64,000 bases of DNA from positions 320,001 through 384,000 of the forward strand of contig CAVRCF010000003.1 of the NCBI GenBank assembly GCA_963719505.1, in the 5' to 3' direction. The number at the start of each line of letters is the position of its first letter. The first letter of the stretch is position 1. Positions 1 through 10,679 of this stretch are shown here, in pieces. This DNA is from Halobacteriovoraceae bacterium (GTDB lineage: Bacteria > Bdellovibrionota > Bacteriovoracia > Bacteriovoracales > Bacteriovoracaceae). The translations under genes were made by a program, and so were the position numbers. The notes below the pieces were generated by a model that had not been told where the DNA came from, made no database searches, and worked only from the letters and a program-made list of their open reading frames with translations.

Positions 1-129
1 ACTGTTGGTTGTAACTGGATAGGTGTCAGAAAAGATATTTCTATCATGGATGAAGATGGTCCAGGAACTGATGCGTACCAAGAAGTGACAGCTGAGTTTA
101 TGACCTTCTATCTCGGAGCTTCTTTTTAA
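1..129 (+). CDS. 3' end of a CDS, possibly an outer-membrane beta-barrel protein (partial)
   Basis: Frame 1 is open from the window edge: TVGCNWIGVR...EFMTFYLGASF*. The C-terminal Y-x-G-x-x-F resembles a beta-signal. Confidence 0.5.
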   Translation, partial: TVGCNWIGVRKDISIMDEDGPGTDAYQEVTAEFMTFYLGASF

Positions 130-347
130 GAAAGCTCCTTTGCCGCGATAAAGCCAGAGATCATAATCTGAGCTAAAGTCCCAAGTTGATCATCATCGTC
201 GATTCCGTAAAACTCTTCGATATGGTCAACAAAGATCTCAATTGTCTCTTCGTCCATGTATTTTTCAACCAATGTCATCATTTGATCTGAGTTTAATTTT
301 TCAATTTCAACAAAGTAATTTTCTAGCTTTTCTTTATCAATTGTCAT
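126..347 (-). CDS. Small acidic hypothetical protein (73 aa)
   Basis: ORF 126..377. ATG at 347 (MTIDKEK) has an AAGGGTG SD-like sequence upstream. Confidence 0.65.
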   Translation of the reverse strand: MTIDKEKLENYFVEIEKLNSDQMMTLVEKYMDEETIEIFVDHIEEFYGIDDDDQLGTLAQIMISGFIAAKELS

Positions 348-554
348 GAGAGCACCCTTATCCCGTATTTTTTTCACGGTTTTACCAGTATTAGGACGTA
401 AGGTCTATAAAATCGGTATTTTGCCTTGCGTTTATAGTCTAGCGTGATACAAGGTCGTCTTTAATAATTCTACTGAATGTCATACATAGGTCTCAATGTC
501 GGGGTCATTTGACATTGGCTAGGCTAATTCTCTGCGAATAAGAGATAAGGAACT

Positions 555-2359
555 ATGATGTTATTTAAAGATTTAAATCTTAAGGAATCCTCGTTGAAAG
601 CTATTGAAGCTTTAGGGTTCGAAGCACCTTCTGAAATTCAAGAAAAATCAATCCCAATCCTGCTTGAAAAAGATATCGATTTTATCGGTCAAGCACAGAC
701 TGGAACTGGTAAAACTGCAGCTTTTGCACTTCCACTTTTTGAAAAAATTGACTTCAACTCGAAAGATATTCAGGCACTTGTCCTCGCTCCAACGCGTGAG
801 TTAGCAAATCAAATTTGCCAAGAGTTTGAAAAACTATCTAAATTTGAGCCCGTAAGAACCCTTGCGATTTATGGTGGTATGCCAATCTCTTCTCAAATGA
901 GAGATCTTAAGCGCAACAAACCACAAGTTATTGTTGGGACTCCAGGAAGAATGCTCGACTTTATTAAAAGAGATGCAATTGATCTTTCAAAGGTTAAGTT
1001 TGCGATTTTAGATGAAGCTGATGAGATGCTTGATATGGGATTTTTTGACGATGTTACTGAAATCGTTGCAAAAGTGCCTGAAAAGAAAATTTGGATGTTC
1101 TCAGCAACAATGCCAAAACCAATTGTTAACTTAATCAATAGCCAATTTTGTGATCCAGAAATGGTTAAGAGTGACAAAGAAAGTTTTAACAAGTGATCAA
1201 ATTGATCAGCAGTATTGTGTTGTTAGACGTCACGATATGGGCGAAGCGCTTTGTCGTTACTTAGACTTTCACCAAAACACATACGCGATCGTTTTCACGA
1301 GAACGAAAGTTGAAAGCAAAAGAGCTTACTGATGAACTAAACCTTAGAGGGTACCCTTCAGATGCTCTTCACGGTGATATGTCTCAAGATCAACGTGATC
1401 TTACAATGAAGAAATTTAAGCAAAAGAAAATTAGTCTTCTCGTTTGTACTGATGTTGCTGCAAGAGGAATTGACGTAACTGATCTTACTCACGTTATTAA
1501 CTTCTCTCTTCCCCAAGATAACGAATCATATGTTCACAGAATCGGAAGAACTGGACGTGGTGGTAGTAAAGGGATTGCTCTTTCAATCATAGAGCCAAGT
1601 GAACAAAGACGCGTTCGTGATATCGAAAGAATCACCAAAGCAAAAATTGAAAAGATTAAACTTCCAGAAGTGAATGATGTTTTAGAGGTTCTTACTGAAA
1701 AAGCATTCTCTAAGTTTGATGACGCTATTGAGAACTTTAGTGCTGGAGAAGATAAAAGTTATATCTCTTTCACTGAAAACTTTGCTGACAGAACAAAAGA
1801 AGAAATCATGCAAGCTGTTTATGCTTACGTCTTCGAAGAAAATCTTAAGCGTTACCAGAAAGCTCGTCCTTTAGATGTTGAAAGAAGTGAAAGACCTGAA
1901 AGAGGGGAAAGAAGTTCAAGAGGCGAAAGATCTCCAAGAGGTGAAAGATCTTCTGGAACTCAAGCTGGATACCAAAGATTCTTCGTTAATATCGGTCGTG
2001 ATGCAGGAATGGATCCTGGTCAATTAATTAACTTTGTTGCTCGTGGAATAAATGTTTCAGGAAGTGAAATGGGAAGAATTGATATTAAACCTGGATTTAG
2101 TTTCTTTGAAATGCCAGAGAAGTTTACTGATGATGTCTTAGGTCTTGCAAACACAAGCTTTAAGCAATCAACAGTCAATATCGAAAAATCCGCAGGTCGA
2201 CCAGAAGGTGATAGTGGTTCAAGAGGTCGCTCAAATGGTGGAAGAAACCATAGAGGGGGAAGACCGGGAACAACAAGAGCAGCTGGTGGAAGAAGTAGTG
2301 AGAGAACAAGTGAAAGAAGAAGCAGACCTTCTTCAAGCTCAAGATCTTTCAACAGATAA
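555..2359 (+). CDS. deaD: DEAD-box RNA helicase (DeaD/CsdA-like, C-terminal DbpA RNA-binding domain, R/S/G-rich tail), split by two frameshifts near 1168 and 1313
   Basis: AQTGTGKT, APTRELA, GTPGR, DEAD and SAT in 555..1196; IVF in 1150..1332; HGDM.Q, TDVAARGID and HRIGRTGR in 1310..2359. Confidence 0.9.
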
Positions 2360-2388
2360 AATATTTAGTTTCACAAATTTAAATAATG

Positions 2389-2414
2389 AAGGCTCTTTTC
2401 GAAGGGCCTTTTTT
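2389..2414 (+). terminator. Intrinsic terminator after the helicase
   Basis: AAGGCTCTT-loop-AAGGGCCTT followed by a T-tract. Confidence 0.7.
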
Positions 2415-2430
2415 AATTTATTCTTAATGA

Positions 2431-3087
2431 ATGAAAAAAATAATTCTCGTTATCGCTCTTGTAGCGACCAGTGCTCATGGAATGAGCCTTAAAAAGCTTC
2501 AAAGAAAACTCAAAAGAGATCTCAAGGTCGATCTAAACATAAAAGATGAACTTATAAGAAATAAAGACAACTGCACCCGTTTGTTCCTTGAGAACTGGTA
2601 TTATTGGTGGCAAGAGGTGAAGTCTCCCTATAAAGAAGAATATCTCAAAAAAATTCAAAAACTCGATTCAATAAATATTTTGAGCTCAAATCCTGTTCAA
2701 AAGATTGAAGGAAAATATACTTCTGTCCATCTTGTGAAGAATTTTTGCACAGGAAGTGGAATGGGGCGTTCATGTCAGACCAAGGATTCTGTTTCAATAA
2801 AACTCAAAATGGATGTGACGAAAACCGGAGAAGATCCAAAGTTTAGCTTAAAAATAAATAAAGCCGCTGATATTGTGATGGAGTACTCAGATGATATGGC
2901 CGTTACTAAGCGATACGATACTTTTAGTAGGGTTGTTTACGAAAATGTCGAAAGAGACAATAAACTCTTTGATCAGTACTCGCGATACGGACAAATCTAT
3001 CAGCTGGTCAGACCAGGAACGGACTCATCGGCAAAAGTTCACTGCTCCTACCCAAGACTTGATCAAATGATCTCAAGAATAAAATAG
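2431..3087 (+). CDS. Exported hypothetical protein
   Basis: 218-aa ORF with an N-terminal signal peptide (MKKIILVIALVATSAHG). Confidence 0.75.
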   Translation: MKKIILVIALVATSAHGMSLKKLQRKLKRDLKVDLNIKDELIRNKDNCTRLFLENWYYWWQEVKSPYKEEYLKKIQKLDSINILSSNPVQKIEGKYTSVHLVKNFCTGSGMGRSCQTKDSVSIKLKMDVTKTGEDPKFSLKINKAADIVMEYSDDMAVTKRYDTFSRVVYENVERDNKLFDQYSRYGQIYQLVRPGTDSSAKVHCSYPRLDQMISRIK

Positions 3088-3204
3088 TCGAAAAATTTTC
3101 CCTTTTTTGCCGAGTTGTGTTGAAAAATCATAATTGATACAATATTATTGAAAGCACAATAAATTCAAGCATTTAAACAGGAAGTTTAAATTAGGGAAGA
3201 AAGT

Positions 3205-3753
3205 TTGGAATTCGTATTTGAAGATAAAAGTTCACCAGGTTTCTCGAGTTCAACGAGAACAGCTACAGCGCAGCCAATGCAGATGGCATCAAATAATACC
3301 ATTTTTGGGTCGAGTATGACGCAGGCTCCCGCATCCCGTCGATCTCGCAGATCACTTCCCGAGACAGTTGATGATATTGAGTTAACTGGAACGAGAGCTA
3401 AAAGATCAGCCAAGAAGTCGGCATCATCAAAAGTAAAATATGTTAATAAGCCCAAAAGAAAAAGTTCAGCGGCCAAATTCGTTTGGACCTGGCAAAAGTT
3501 TTGGTGGATGGTAGCATTTGTGACTTTTGCAAGACTTCTCTTTATGGAAAATGGGGTTGTTGACTACTATAGCCTTGAAGCAACTATCGAAGCTAAACAT
3601 GAAAAGTTAGCACTGGTTCAAAACGAAAATGCTGAATTAGTAACTGAGATTCATAAAATTCAAACGAGTAGAAAATATCAAAAGAAAGTCGCTAGAGACC
3701 ATCTCGGTGTTATTGCTTCGAATGAGTATTTGATATTATTTGCGAAAGATTAG
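3205..3753 (+). CDS. FtsB/DivIC-like septum formation initiator with long basic N-terminal extension
   Basis: TM helix, then ENG, coiled coil (ENAELVTEI) and ARDHLGVI..NE, matching the FtsB AR..LG...E pattern. Start codon uncertain (TTG). Confidence 0.7.
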   Translation: MEFVFEDKSSPGFSSSTRTATAQPMQMASNNTIFGSSMTQAPASRRSRRSLPETVDDIELTGTRAKRSAKKSASSKVKYVNKPKRKSSAAKFVWTWQKFWWMVAFVTFARLLFMENGVVDYYSLEATIEAKHEKLALVQNENAELVTEIHKIQTSRKYQKKVARDHLGVIASNEYLILFAKD

Positions 3754-4237
3754 GCTTACCCTCTAAAATCATTCCCTCTTTTATTTTGGCGCTAATAGGA
3801 CTTGATGATTTCATCTCAAGCACGTGTTGGCAGTAAGAAAACTTTGATAGAGGCACGTCTTTTTTTGGAAATCTTTTGGTGTGATGCTTTAAATTTCTTT
3901 GAATATCTAAAACTTTCATATCTGGTCCTAGAAAAAATAAATCCAAATCAAAAAAAGTCTCAGGCATCCAAAATTGTCTCGTTTGAAAGTGCTCTCCTGT
4001 AAAGAGCATCGCATCGCTATCGCCGAACTGATCGGGCTTTACAAGGCTAAGCCCGAGAGCTTGTTCTTCATCATTGTGAGCGATATAGGTCGTTATTTTT
4101 TCTCCAGAATCTAATGTTATGATCATGGATTTATAAGTTTTAAAAGGATTCAAGGCTTTTGATTCGTTGCAAGAAACGTTGCCAATTAAAATAAGAAAAG
4201 TGATGAGCATCGGATAAATTTCGTGTATAAATTTCAT
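3710..4237 (-). CDS. DUF192 family protein
   Basis: A...EQALGL, AMLF, FWMPETFFDLDLFFL and VLEM pattern. Confidence 0.8.
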   Translation of the reverse strand: MKFIHEIYPMLITFLILIGNVSCNESKALNPFKTYKSMIITLDSGEKITTYIAHNDEEQALGLSLVKPDQFGDSDAMLFTGEHFQTRQFWMPETFFDLDLFFLGPDMKVLDIQRNLKHHTKRFPKKDVPLSKFSYCQHVLEMKSSSPISAKIKEGMILEGKPNLSQIISNTHSKQ

Positions 4238-4251
4238 AAGGGGAGTGTACT

Positions 4252-6060
4252 ATGAATTATCACAACATCGCCAGCACAAATCTAGCTGGACTACTTAGAA
4301 CTCATTCGTGTGGTGAGTTAAACTCAAAGAACATTGGAGAAGAAGTTACTCTTTGTGGATGGGTTAATAAATCAAGAGACTTAGGTGGATTAAATTTTAT
4401 CGATGTAAGAGATAAATTTGGACTCACGCAATTGGCTTTTGATGAATTTAAAGGTGATATTTCAGTTCTAAAATCTTTCTCATTAGAGTCTGTTATAAAG
4501 GCAAAAGGAATCGTTCGTAAAAGACCTGATTCTGCACTCAATAAAAATATGTCAACGGGAGAGGTAGAAGTTTCTGTTACAGAGATCACAGAACTATCTC
4601 ATGCAGAAGAAGTTCCCTTTTTACCCCATGGAAAAGTTCAAGCGACAGAAGACCTTAGGTTAAAGTACCGCTATCTTGATCTTCGTGGAGAGTATTTACA
4701 AAACATGTTATCTCTTAGATCTCATGCGATGAAAGAGACTCGAATGGCCCTGTATGAAGAAGGGTTTACTGAAGTTGAAACACCGATACTTTATAAAACA
4801 ACTCCAGAGGGAGCCCGAGATTACGTGGTTCCAAGTCGAGTGCATCCAGGAAAAGTTTACGCTCTTCCTCAGTCTCCGCAGACACTAAAACAACTTCTTA
4901 TGATTGGAAATACAGATAAATATTTTCAAATTTGTAAGTGTTTTAGAGACGAAGATCTACGAGCAGATAGGCAGCCAGAGTTTACGCAAATAGATATTGA
5001 AGTGAGTTTTGCGACTCAAGAATATTTAAAAAATCTTGCGACCAAAATGGTGAAACGTCTTTTTAAAAGAGATGATTCGTTTGAAATTGAGACGATGAGC
5101 TATGATAGAGCGATGGAAATTTATGGCTCTGATAAGCCTGATGCACGCTTTGCTCTAGAGCATATGATTGTGAATGAAGAAGTTGCAGCTGCTGGATTTA
5201 AAGTTTTTGACGAGGCTTTGAAAGACGGCGGAATGGTTAAATCGATTTTTATTTCCAAAGAGACCAAAGAATTTTCACGAAAAGAGCTTGATGCACTAAC
5301 AGAAGTGGTTAAGCCCCATGGTGGAAAAGGTGTGGCTTGGTTTAAAGTAAATAATGACGAACTCACTGGTGGTATTTCTAAGTTTATTAATGAAGAAACT
5401 TATAAAGCCTTAAAAAATAAAGCAGCAAGCCTTGATGGGACTTTCTTTTTCTTTGCAGATAAAAAAGAAAGCGTTGTCCACGCCTGTGCAGATGTGACTC
5501 GTCGTCATTTTGGTAAGACATTAGGTCTTATTGAAAACTGCGGGATTGATTATAAGTTTTTGTGGGTTAACGACTTTCCACTTTTAGAATACGATGACGA
5601 AGATGGAAGATTCTATGCCTGTCACCATCCGTTTACAATGCCAAAGCTTGATTGCCTTGAGGACTTTATGTCAGGAGACAAAGAGAAGCTTTTAAAGATG
5701 CCGGCTGAAGCCTATGATCTTGTTTGTAATGGATACGAAATGGGGGGAGGGTCTCTTCGAATCTTTGATACAAAAGTTCAATCGCAGATGTTTAAAACCC
5801 TAGGTTTCTCTGAAGAAGAGACACAGCAAAAATTTGGTTTTTTTGTTGAGGCTTTAAAGTATGGAACGCCACCACATGCGGGAATTGCTTTTGGGATGGA
5901 TAGAACAGTTATGCTCATGGCAAAGACTGATAATATTCGTGATGCTATCGCTTTTCCAAAGACCAATAATGCAACGGATCTTATGTGTTCAGCTCCTAGT
6001 GTTGCCGACCTAGAGCAGTATAGAGAACTGCATATTGCTCCTCTTACAAAAGAAAAATAA
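4252..6060 (+). CDS. aspS: Aspartate--tRNA ligase
   Basis: RTHSCG, RDLGGL.FID.RD, TPEGARDY, LPQSPQ, FRDEDLRADRQPEFTQ, YG.PPHAGIAFG.DR. Confidence 0.97.
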   Translation: MNYHNIASTNLAGLLRTHSCGELNSKNIGEEVTLCGWVNKSRDLGGLNFIDVRDKFGLTQLAFDEFKGDISVLKSFSLESVIKAKGIVRKRPDSALNKNMSTGEVEVSVTEITELSHAEEVPFLPHGKVQATEDLRLKYRYLDLRGEYLQNMLSLRSHAMKETRMALYEEGFTEVETPILYKTTPEGARDYVVPSRVHPGKVYALPQSPQTLKQLLMIGNTDKYFQICKCFRDEDLRADRQPEFTQIDIEVSFATQEYLKNLATKMVKRLFKRDDSFEIETMSYDRAMEIYGSDKPDARFALEHMIVNEEVAAAGFKVFDEALKDGGMVKSIFISKETKEFSRKELDALTEVVKPHGGKGVAWFKVNNDELTGGISKFINEETYKALKNKAASLDGTFFFFADKKESVVHACADVTRRHFGKTLGLIENCGIDYKFLWVNDFPLLEYDDEDGRFYACHHPFTMPKLDCLEDFMSGDKEKLLKMPAEAYDLVCNGYEMGGGSLRIFDTKVQSQMFKTLGFSEEETQQKFGFFVEALKYGTPPHAGIAFGMDRTVMLMAKTDNIRDAIAFPKTNNATDLMCSAPSVADLEQYRELHIAPLTKEK

Positions 6061-6072
6061 ATATCAAATATG

Positions 6073-6104
6073 AACCTGTCTGGCCTTGAGGTTAGACAGG
6101 TTTT
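6073..6104 (+). terminator. Intrinsic terminator after aspS
   Basis: AACCTGTCTGGCC-TTGA-GGTTAGACAGGTT hairpin ending in Ts. Confidence 0.6.
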
Positions 6105-6289
6105 CTCCTTCACCTGTTAAAACCGATAATCATAAAAATTAAAGCCAATGCCCATTCTTTTTTGGAATGCCTATATATCATATAAATTGAATCCAAAGCG
6201 AAGGGGATTAGTTATATTGGATTCAGATCAAGGCATTCTTCATTTAAGGAGATGTTAATGAGTCATAACGAAAGAATAAGGAGAAGGTA

Positions 6290-6928
6290 ATGAGCATAAA
6301 GAAATTATTTTTAATGACACTAGCAATAAGTTCTCTAAGTGCTGGAGCAGTATCAAACAGTTCCGCTCTTGATTGCAAAGAAAAATTTTATTACGCAAGC
6401 AAAGGCTCTATAAAGTGCAGCCCCGAAGTTCACAGCTTTAAGGATGCCTCTTTTGATGTTGAAAGAGTAACTGGTGAGCATGTTAATAATTGGAAAATTA
6501 ATCATGTCCATATCAAGTCAATTGCAATCCAAGGGAATAGAGGGGCCAAGTTTACAAAAGCCCTAAGGACTTACTTAGAGTCGAATTTAACTTACTCATC
6601 TTTTGTTGAGATGTTAGAAAATGGACAGCTCGTTCTTAAAGTAAGAAATGCTTCTTTTAGTTGTGATATAAAAACTGAGGTTTGTTCGATTAAGGATGAT
6701 AACTTTGACCAAGAAGGGGGTCTTTATAGAGATGCCTTTTACTATGGTTCAGGTTTAGAGGGTGATACTTCGGCTATAAGTTTTTTCCAACCTAAGAAGG
6801 CTGCTATCGCTATTGATATTGCACAATTTGAAAAGGTTCTCGATGAATCGGACCTTTGTGATAAATTTTTGACTTTCTCATATCGAACAGAAGGTAACTC
6901 AATGTGTGTGCTTAAGTTTAAAAAATAG
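6290..6928 (+). CDS. Exported hypothetical protein
   Basis: 212-aa ORF with a signal peptide and several Cys. Confidence 0.7.
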   Translation: MSIKKLFLMTLAISSLSAGAVSNSSALDCKEKFYYASKGSIKCSPEVHSFKDASFDVERVTGEHVNNWKINHVHIKSIAIQGNRGAKFTKALRTYLESNLTYSSFVEMLENGQLVLKVRNASFSCDIKTEVCSIKDDNFDQEGGLYRDAFYYGSGLEGDTSAISFFQPKKAAIAIDIAQFEKVLDESDLCDKFLTFSYRTEGNSMCVLKFKK

Positions 6929-6952
6929 AAATAATTTTAAATTGATTTTTAT

Positions 6953-6982
6953 AGAGCCCACTTCTTTAGTGGGCTTTTTTTT
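6953..6982 (+). terminator. Terminator between convergent genes
   Basis: AGAGCCCACT-TCTTT-AGTGGGCTTT followed by a T-tract. Confidence 0.75.
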
Positions 6983-7625
6983 ATGAGGCGATATCTCTTA
7001 GGCTTTCGATATCAATTGTGACAGCTTCGCTATTATTGGCCCTAAAATGTTTTATGGATGCGATCAATTCTTCAGAGACAGTTCTTGTTCCTGAAAAGTA
7101 ATCAGGAAGTCCTCTTTTATCTTCAGACATAATAGAGAAAATAAAGAAGGCGCCAAAAGACATATAGCACGCAAGATAACCCATTGTTCTTCGAAATGAC
7201 TCTCGAAGAGTAATACATTCAGACTCAACATCTTCATCGAAAATAAAGTCATCTTTTATTGCTCTTAAATTAAATATTTTTTTACCAAATGTTTGTCCAT
7301 CCATGACATAAAGTGAATACAAAAAGTAAGCGGTAAAGCTTAAAAGAAACACGCTGAACTGAACGGGAGAGTTTTCCAGGATAAGAGAAGACTTGGCTTG
7401 AAATTTTAGTGAATACAGAAATTCATTAACAAACATGACATAGCTTGTCTGAATAGCTGCGCTTAAAACTAAGATGGAGCTAAAGTCGACCATAAAGCTA
7501 TAAATTCTTCGCTGAGTGATTTTTTGATTTTCAATCGCTACGGGCTTTACAATAGCCTGATCAAAGGTCTCAACTTCCTTCTTCTTTTTAATGTGATCAA
7601 CAAGATTTACAACGTTATTTTCCAT
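6981..7625 (-). CDS. RDD family membrane protein
   Basis: RRIYSFMVD, GQTFGK, and KRGLPDYFSGT motif. Confidence 0.85.
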   Translation of the reverse strand: MENNVVNLVDHIKKKKEVETFDQAIVKPVAIENQKITQRRIYSFMVDFSSILVLSAAIQTSYVMFVNEFLYSLKFQAKSSLILENSPVQFSVFLLSFTAYFLYSLYVMDGQTFGKKIFNLRAIKDDFIFDEDVESECITLRESFRRTMGYLACYMSFGAFFIFSIMSEDKRGLPDYFSGTRTVSEELIASIKHFRANNSEAVTIDIESLRDIAS

Positions 7626-7764
7626 AGAATACCTCTATTATCTTATCGATAAATTGAGGAGAAAAATGAGGGAAATAAAGCGGTGAGGTAAAAGGTGCCG
7701 AAGGAGGGGAGGAGCCCTGGGAATATGAGAAAATTTAGGCACTTAACACATAAAAGGCGAAGTC

Positions 7765-9342
7765 ATGAGAACCTATTTTTTACTATCGATAATCCCAATC
7801 CTTGCGATCACATACGCCTTGGGGCACATCTTAACCGACAGCTTTTGGTACCTGTATATGATTGAGGTTCCCATTTTTGCTTTAGGAATTAGAGACACCC
7901 TTCAAAAAAAGCACACTATTTTAAGAAACTATCCCGTTATTGGTCATTTTCGTTATCTCCTTGAAGAGATAAGACCTGAAATTCAACAGTACTTTATTGA
8001 AAGATATGATGATGGACGTCCCTTTTCTAGGGAACAAAGAAGTACCGTTTACTCACGAGCAAAAAATGAACTTGATACCCAGGCCTTTGGAACTCAAAGG
8101 GATCTCTATGCCATGGGAGTGGAGTGGTTAGAACATTCTATTATTCCAACGGTCTTGCCTGAGTCAGAAGATAGAATCGATGTCGGAGGTTCTGACTGTA
8201 AGGTGCAGTACTCTTGTTCTAGGTTAAACATAAGTGCCATGAGTTATGGCTCTTTAAGTAAGACCGCGATCATGGCCTTAAACTCCGGAGCAAAACAAGG
8301 TGGCTTTTATCACAATACCGGAGAGGGCTCTATCTCTTCTCATCATGAGAAGTTTGGCGGAGATCTCGTTTGGCAAATTGGAACTGGCTACTTTGGCTGT
8401 CGAAACCCCGATGGAACTTTCAACGACGAGATGTTTAAAGAACGTTCTGCTAGTGATCAAGTAAAGATGATTGAATTAAAAATCTCTCAAGGGGCAAAGC
8501 CTGGGCATGGGGGAATTCTTCCCGCTGGAAAGGTGACTGCTGAGATTGCAATGATTAGGGCCGTTGAGATGGGAAAGGATGTGAACTCACCTCCGGGGCA
8601 CACTGAGTTTAATACTCCTACCGGTCTGATTGAATTCATCAAAAGACTTCGCGATCTCTCGGGTGGAAAGCCCGTAGGATTTAAATTATGCATTGGTAAA
8701 AAACGTGAGTTTCATGCTATTTGCAAGGCGATGATTAAGCTCGATATCTATCCTGACTTTATCACTGTGGATGGAGCCGAAGGGGGAACCGGGGCAGCTC
8801 CAAGAGAGTTTTCCAACTCCTTAGGAACACCGCTGAATGCTGCTTTGAACTTTGTGAATAACACATTAATTGGTTGTGATATAAGAGATAAAATTAGAAT
8901 TATCGTCTCAGGAAAGATTATTGATGCCTTTGATATGGCCCGTAAATTTGCCCTTGGAGCAGATATTTGTAATTGCGCTCGGGGGATGATGTTTGCTGTG
9001 GGCTGTATTCAAGCTTTAAAGTGTAACTCCAATGATTGCCCCACGGGAGTGGCCACTCAAGATCCGGCTTTATATAAATTTATTGATGTCCACTCAAAAG
9101 CTAAACGAGTCATGACATATCACCATAAAACGATGAACGAGTTTCATCATCTTTGTTCAGCCGCAGGGGTAACCAAAGTTAAAGACCTCAGCAAAGAGCA
9201 TATTAGAAAAAGAATCCACCAAACAGAAATATCCTCTTACAAAAAGCTTTATCCCACTTTTGAAAAAGGAAGCCTCCTTAATGGGACTTGTATCGATGTC
9301 TTTCAAGAAACCTTTGATGAAGCGGTGGCGGAGAGTTTTTAA
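7765..9342 (+). CDS. FMN-binding glutamate synthase family protein (stand-alone, N-terminal membrane anchor)
   Basis: SAMSYGSLS, NTGEG, WQIGTGYFG, KISQGAKPGHGG, DGAEGGTGAAP, and GCIQALKC...CPTG.ATQD Fe-S motif. Confidence 0.92.
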   Translation: MRTYFLLSIIPILAITYALGHILTDSFWYLYMIEVPIFALGIRDTLQKKHTILRNYPVIGHFRYLLEEIRPEIQQYFIERYDDGRPFSREQRSTVYSRAKNELDTQAFGTQRDLYAMGVEWLEHSIIPTVLPESEDRIDVGGSDCKVQYSCSRLNISAMSYGSLSKTAIMALNSGAKQGGFYHNTGEGSISSHHEKFGGDLVWQIGTGYFGCRNPDGTFNDEMFKERSASDQVKMIELKISQGAKPGHGGILPAGKVTAEIAMIRAVEMGKDVNSPPGHTEFNTPTGLIEFIKRLRDLSGGKPVGFKLCIGKKREFHAICKAMIKLDIYPDFITVDGAEGGTGAAPREFSNSLGTPLNAALNFVNNTLIGCDIRDKIRIIVSGKIIDAFDMARKFALGADICNCARGMMFAVGCIQALKCNSNDCPTGVATQDPALYKFIDVHSKAKRVMTYHHKTMNEFHHLCSAAGVTKVKDLSKEHIRKRIHQTEISSYKKLYPTFEKGSLLNGTCIDVFQETFDEAVAESF

Positions 9343-9569
9343 GGCAATGGTCAAATATTCAAAGAATAAAAACATACCAAAAACTTAGTAAGAGCTCTAT
9401 TGGATAGAAAAATATAAGCATTTTCACTTTGGAAGAGTTTATCAATATGGAAGAATTGGACTTCTTTCTTATCATTATCATGTTTATATTTGATGTTCTT
9501 TATGCTGACAGTTTTCCTCTACAGAGTAGGCAGTCTATGTAATAATCAATTGGTTAGATACACTTAGCA

Positions 9570-10325
9570 TTGGAGCACGATAGTTTGAATAAATGGATCA
9601 GAAAAATCTTAAAGCCAAAATGGTATGAACTGTTACTTATTGGTGTTGTATTTCTTTATGTTGGACTAGTCACGTGGCCTAACTTTTTATTCGATTATCG
9701 CTATCTACATAACTCTTTTCAAGTACACTCAGATGTTGAAGTTAGTGAGAGAGCGCTAGGTAATATTCTTTCAAAGAGTGAAAGATTAATAAAAAAATCG
9801 AAGTTTTATGATTCTAAATATATTCATGATATTTATCTAGTTAGTTCCAACGTCAAATATCGATTACTTGCTTTCACTGCTGGCGATGGCTTTGGCGCAA
9901 GTTATCCGTTAATAAATAATATCTTTATTAATCAATATGATATCGAGCGCGATGAAGTTAGAACAAATAAGACAAAACATAATTTGAGATCTTTAAGTAG
10001 CGTAATTGCACATGAAGCAATCCATTCTCTTGTAGAGAATGACATAGGCTTCTTTAAATTTAAATTTTCACTAAAGAAATGGATAGATGAAGGTTATGCT
10101 GACTATATTGCAAATGAAAGCTCCTTTTCACAAAAGTCTGGAATACAGCTACTCTGCAACGGTAGCACAGATGAGTCGTCTTCATTTCAATATTTCTTGT
10201 ATCGGAAAGCTATTGAATACCTAATTCAGAATGACGAAATAGACGAGAGGTCGTTATTTGAAAAGAAGTTTGATTTCAAACAAACTCTAAGTGGTTTAAA
10301 GCAGTCTACTTGTTCTGTTAAATAG
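9570..10325 (+). CDS. Putative membrane-anchored Zn-metallopeptidase-like protein
   Basis: TM segment, then AHEAIH...WIDEGYADY (HExxH plus downstream E, gluzincin-like). Confidence 0.65.
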   Translation: MEHDSLNKWIRKILKPKWYELLLIGVVFLYVGLVTWPNFLFDYRYLHNSFQVHSDVEVSERALGNILSKSERLIKKSKFYDSKYIHDIYLVSSNVKYRLLAFTAGDGFGASYPLINNIFINQYDIERDEVRTNKTKHNLRSLSSVIAHEAIHSLVENDIGFFKFKFSLKKWIDEGYADYIANESSFSQKSGIQLLCNGSTDESSSFQYFLYRKAIEYLIQNDEIDERSLFEKKFDFKQTLSGLKQSTCSVK

Positions 10326-10679
10326 GTCTTATGAAAGAAATTGTTGTAAGTGGCTTGAAAATCACTTTATACGATAGAATTACAACTCTAAAACTATCCC
10401 GCTCAATATTAATAAGGGGCAACCCAACATCTACTTCATCCACCACGTTTAAAGTACCGCTGGATCTAAAATACAGCCTTCAGGCCACGTTTTAGTGCTT
10501 GGACTCACTTCATGATGGGCAAATTAGTCAGTTGAATCGTGTTCTTTCGCACTCTTAGACCTAAAATTTTTGAAACCGACCAACTTTTGTACACCCTTGG
10601 AAGTTCTTTCAAAAAGGTAAATTAAAAGTCTTTGATATGAGATGATGACTCCAATACTTACAAACTTGGAGATTTTATT

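Noticed and set aside
1150..1332. Programmed frameshifting in the DEAD-box helicase
   Set aside because: Two consecutive one-base disruptions without a clear slippery site or stimulator, in a window with many similar indels. Sequencing error is simpler.
1875..1955. GAAAGA-rich short repeats
   Set aside because: They encode the ERS/RGE low-complexity linker of the helicase; not a CRISPR array or DNA-level repeat.
6122..6129. ACCGATAA sigma28 -10 element; also ATCGATAA at 7643-7650 (minus strand)
   Set aside because: No TAAA-like -35 at the spacing seen in the three good sites.
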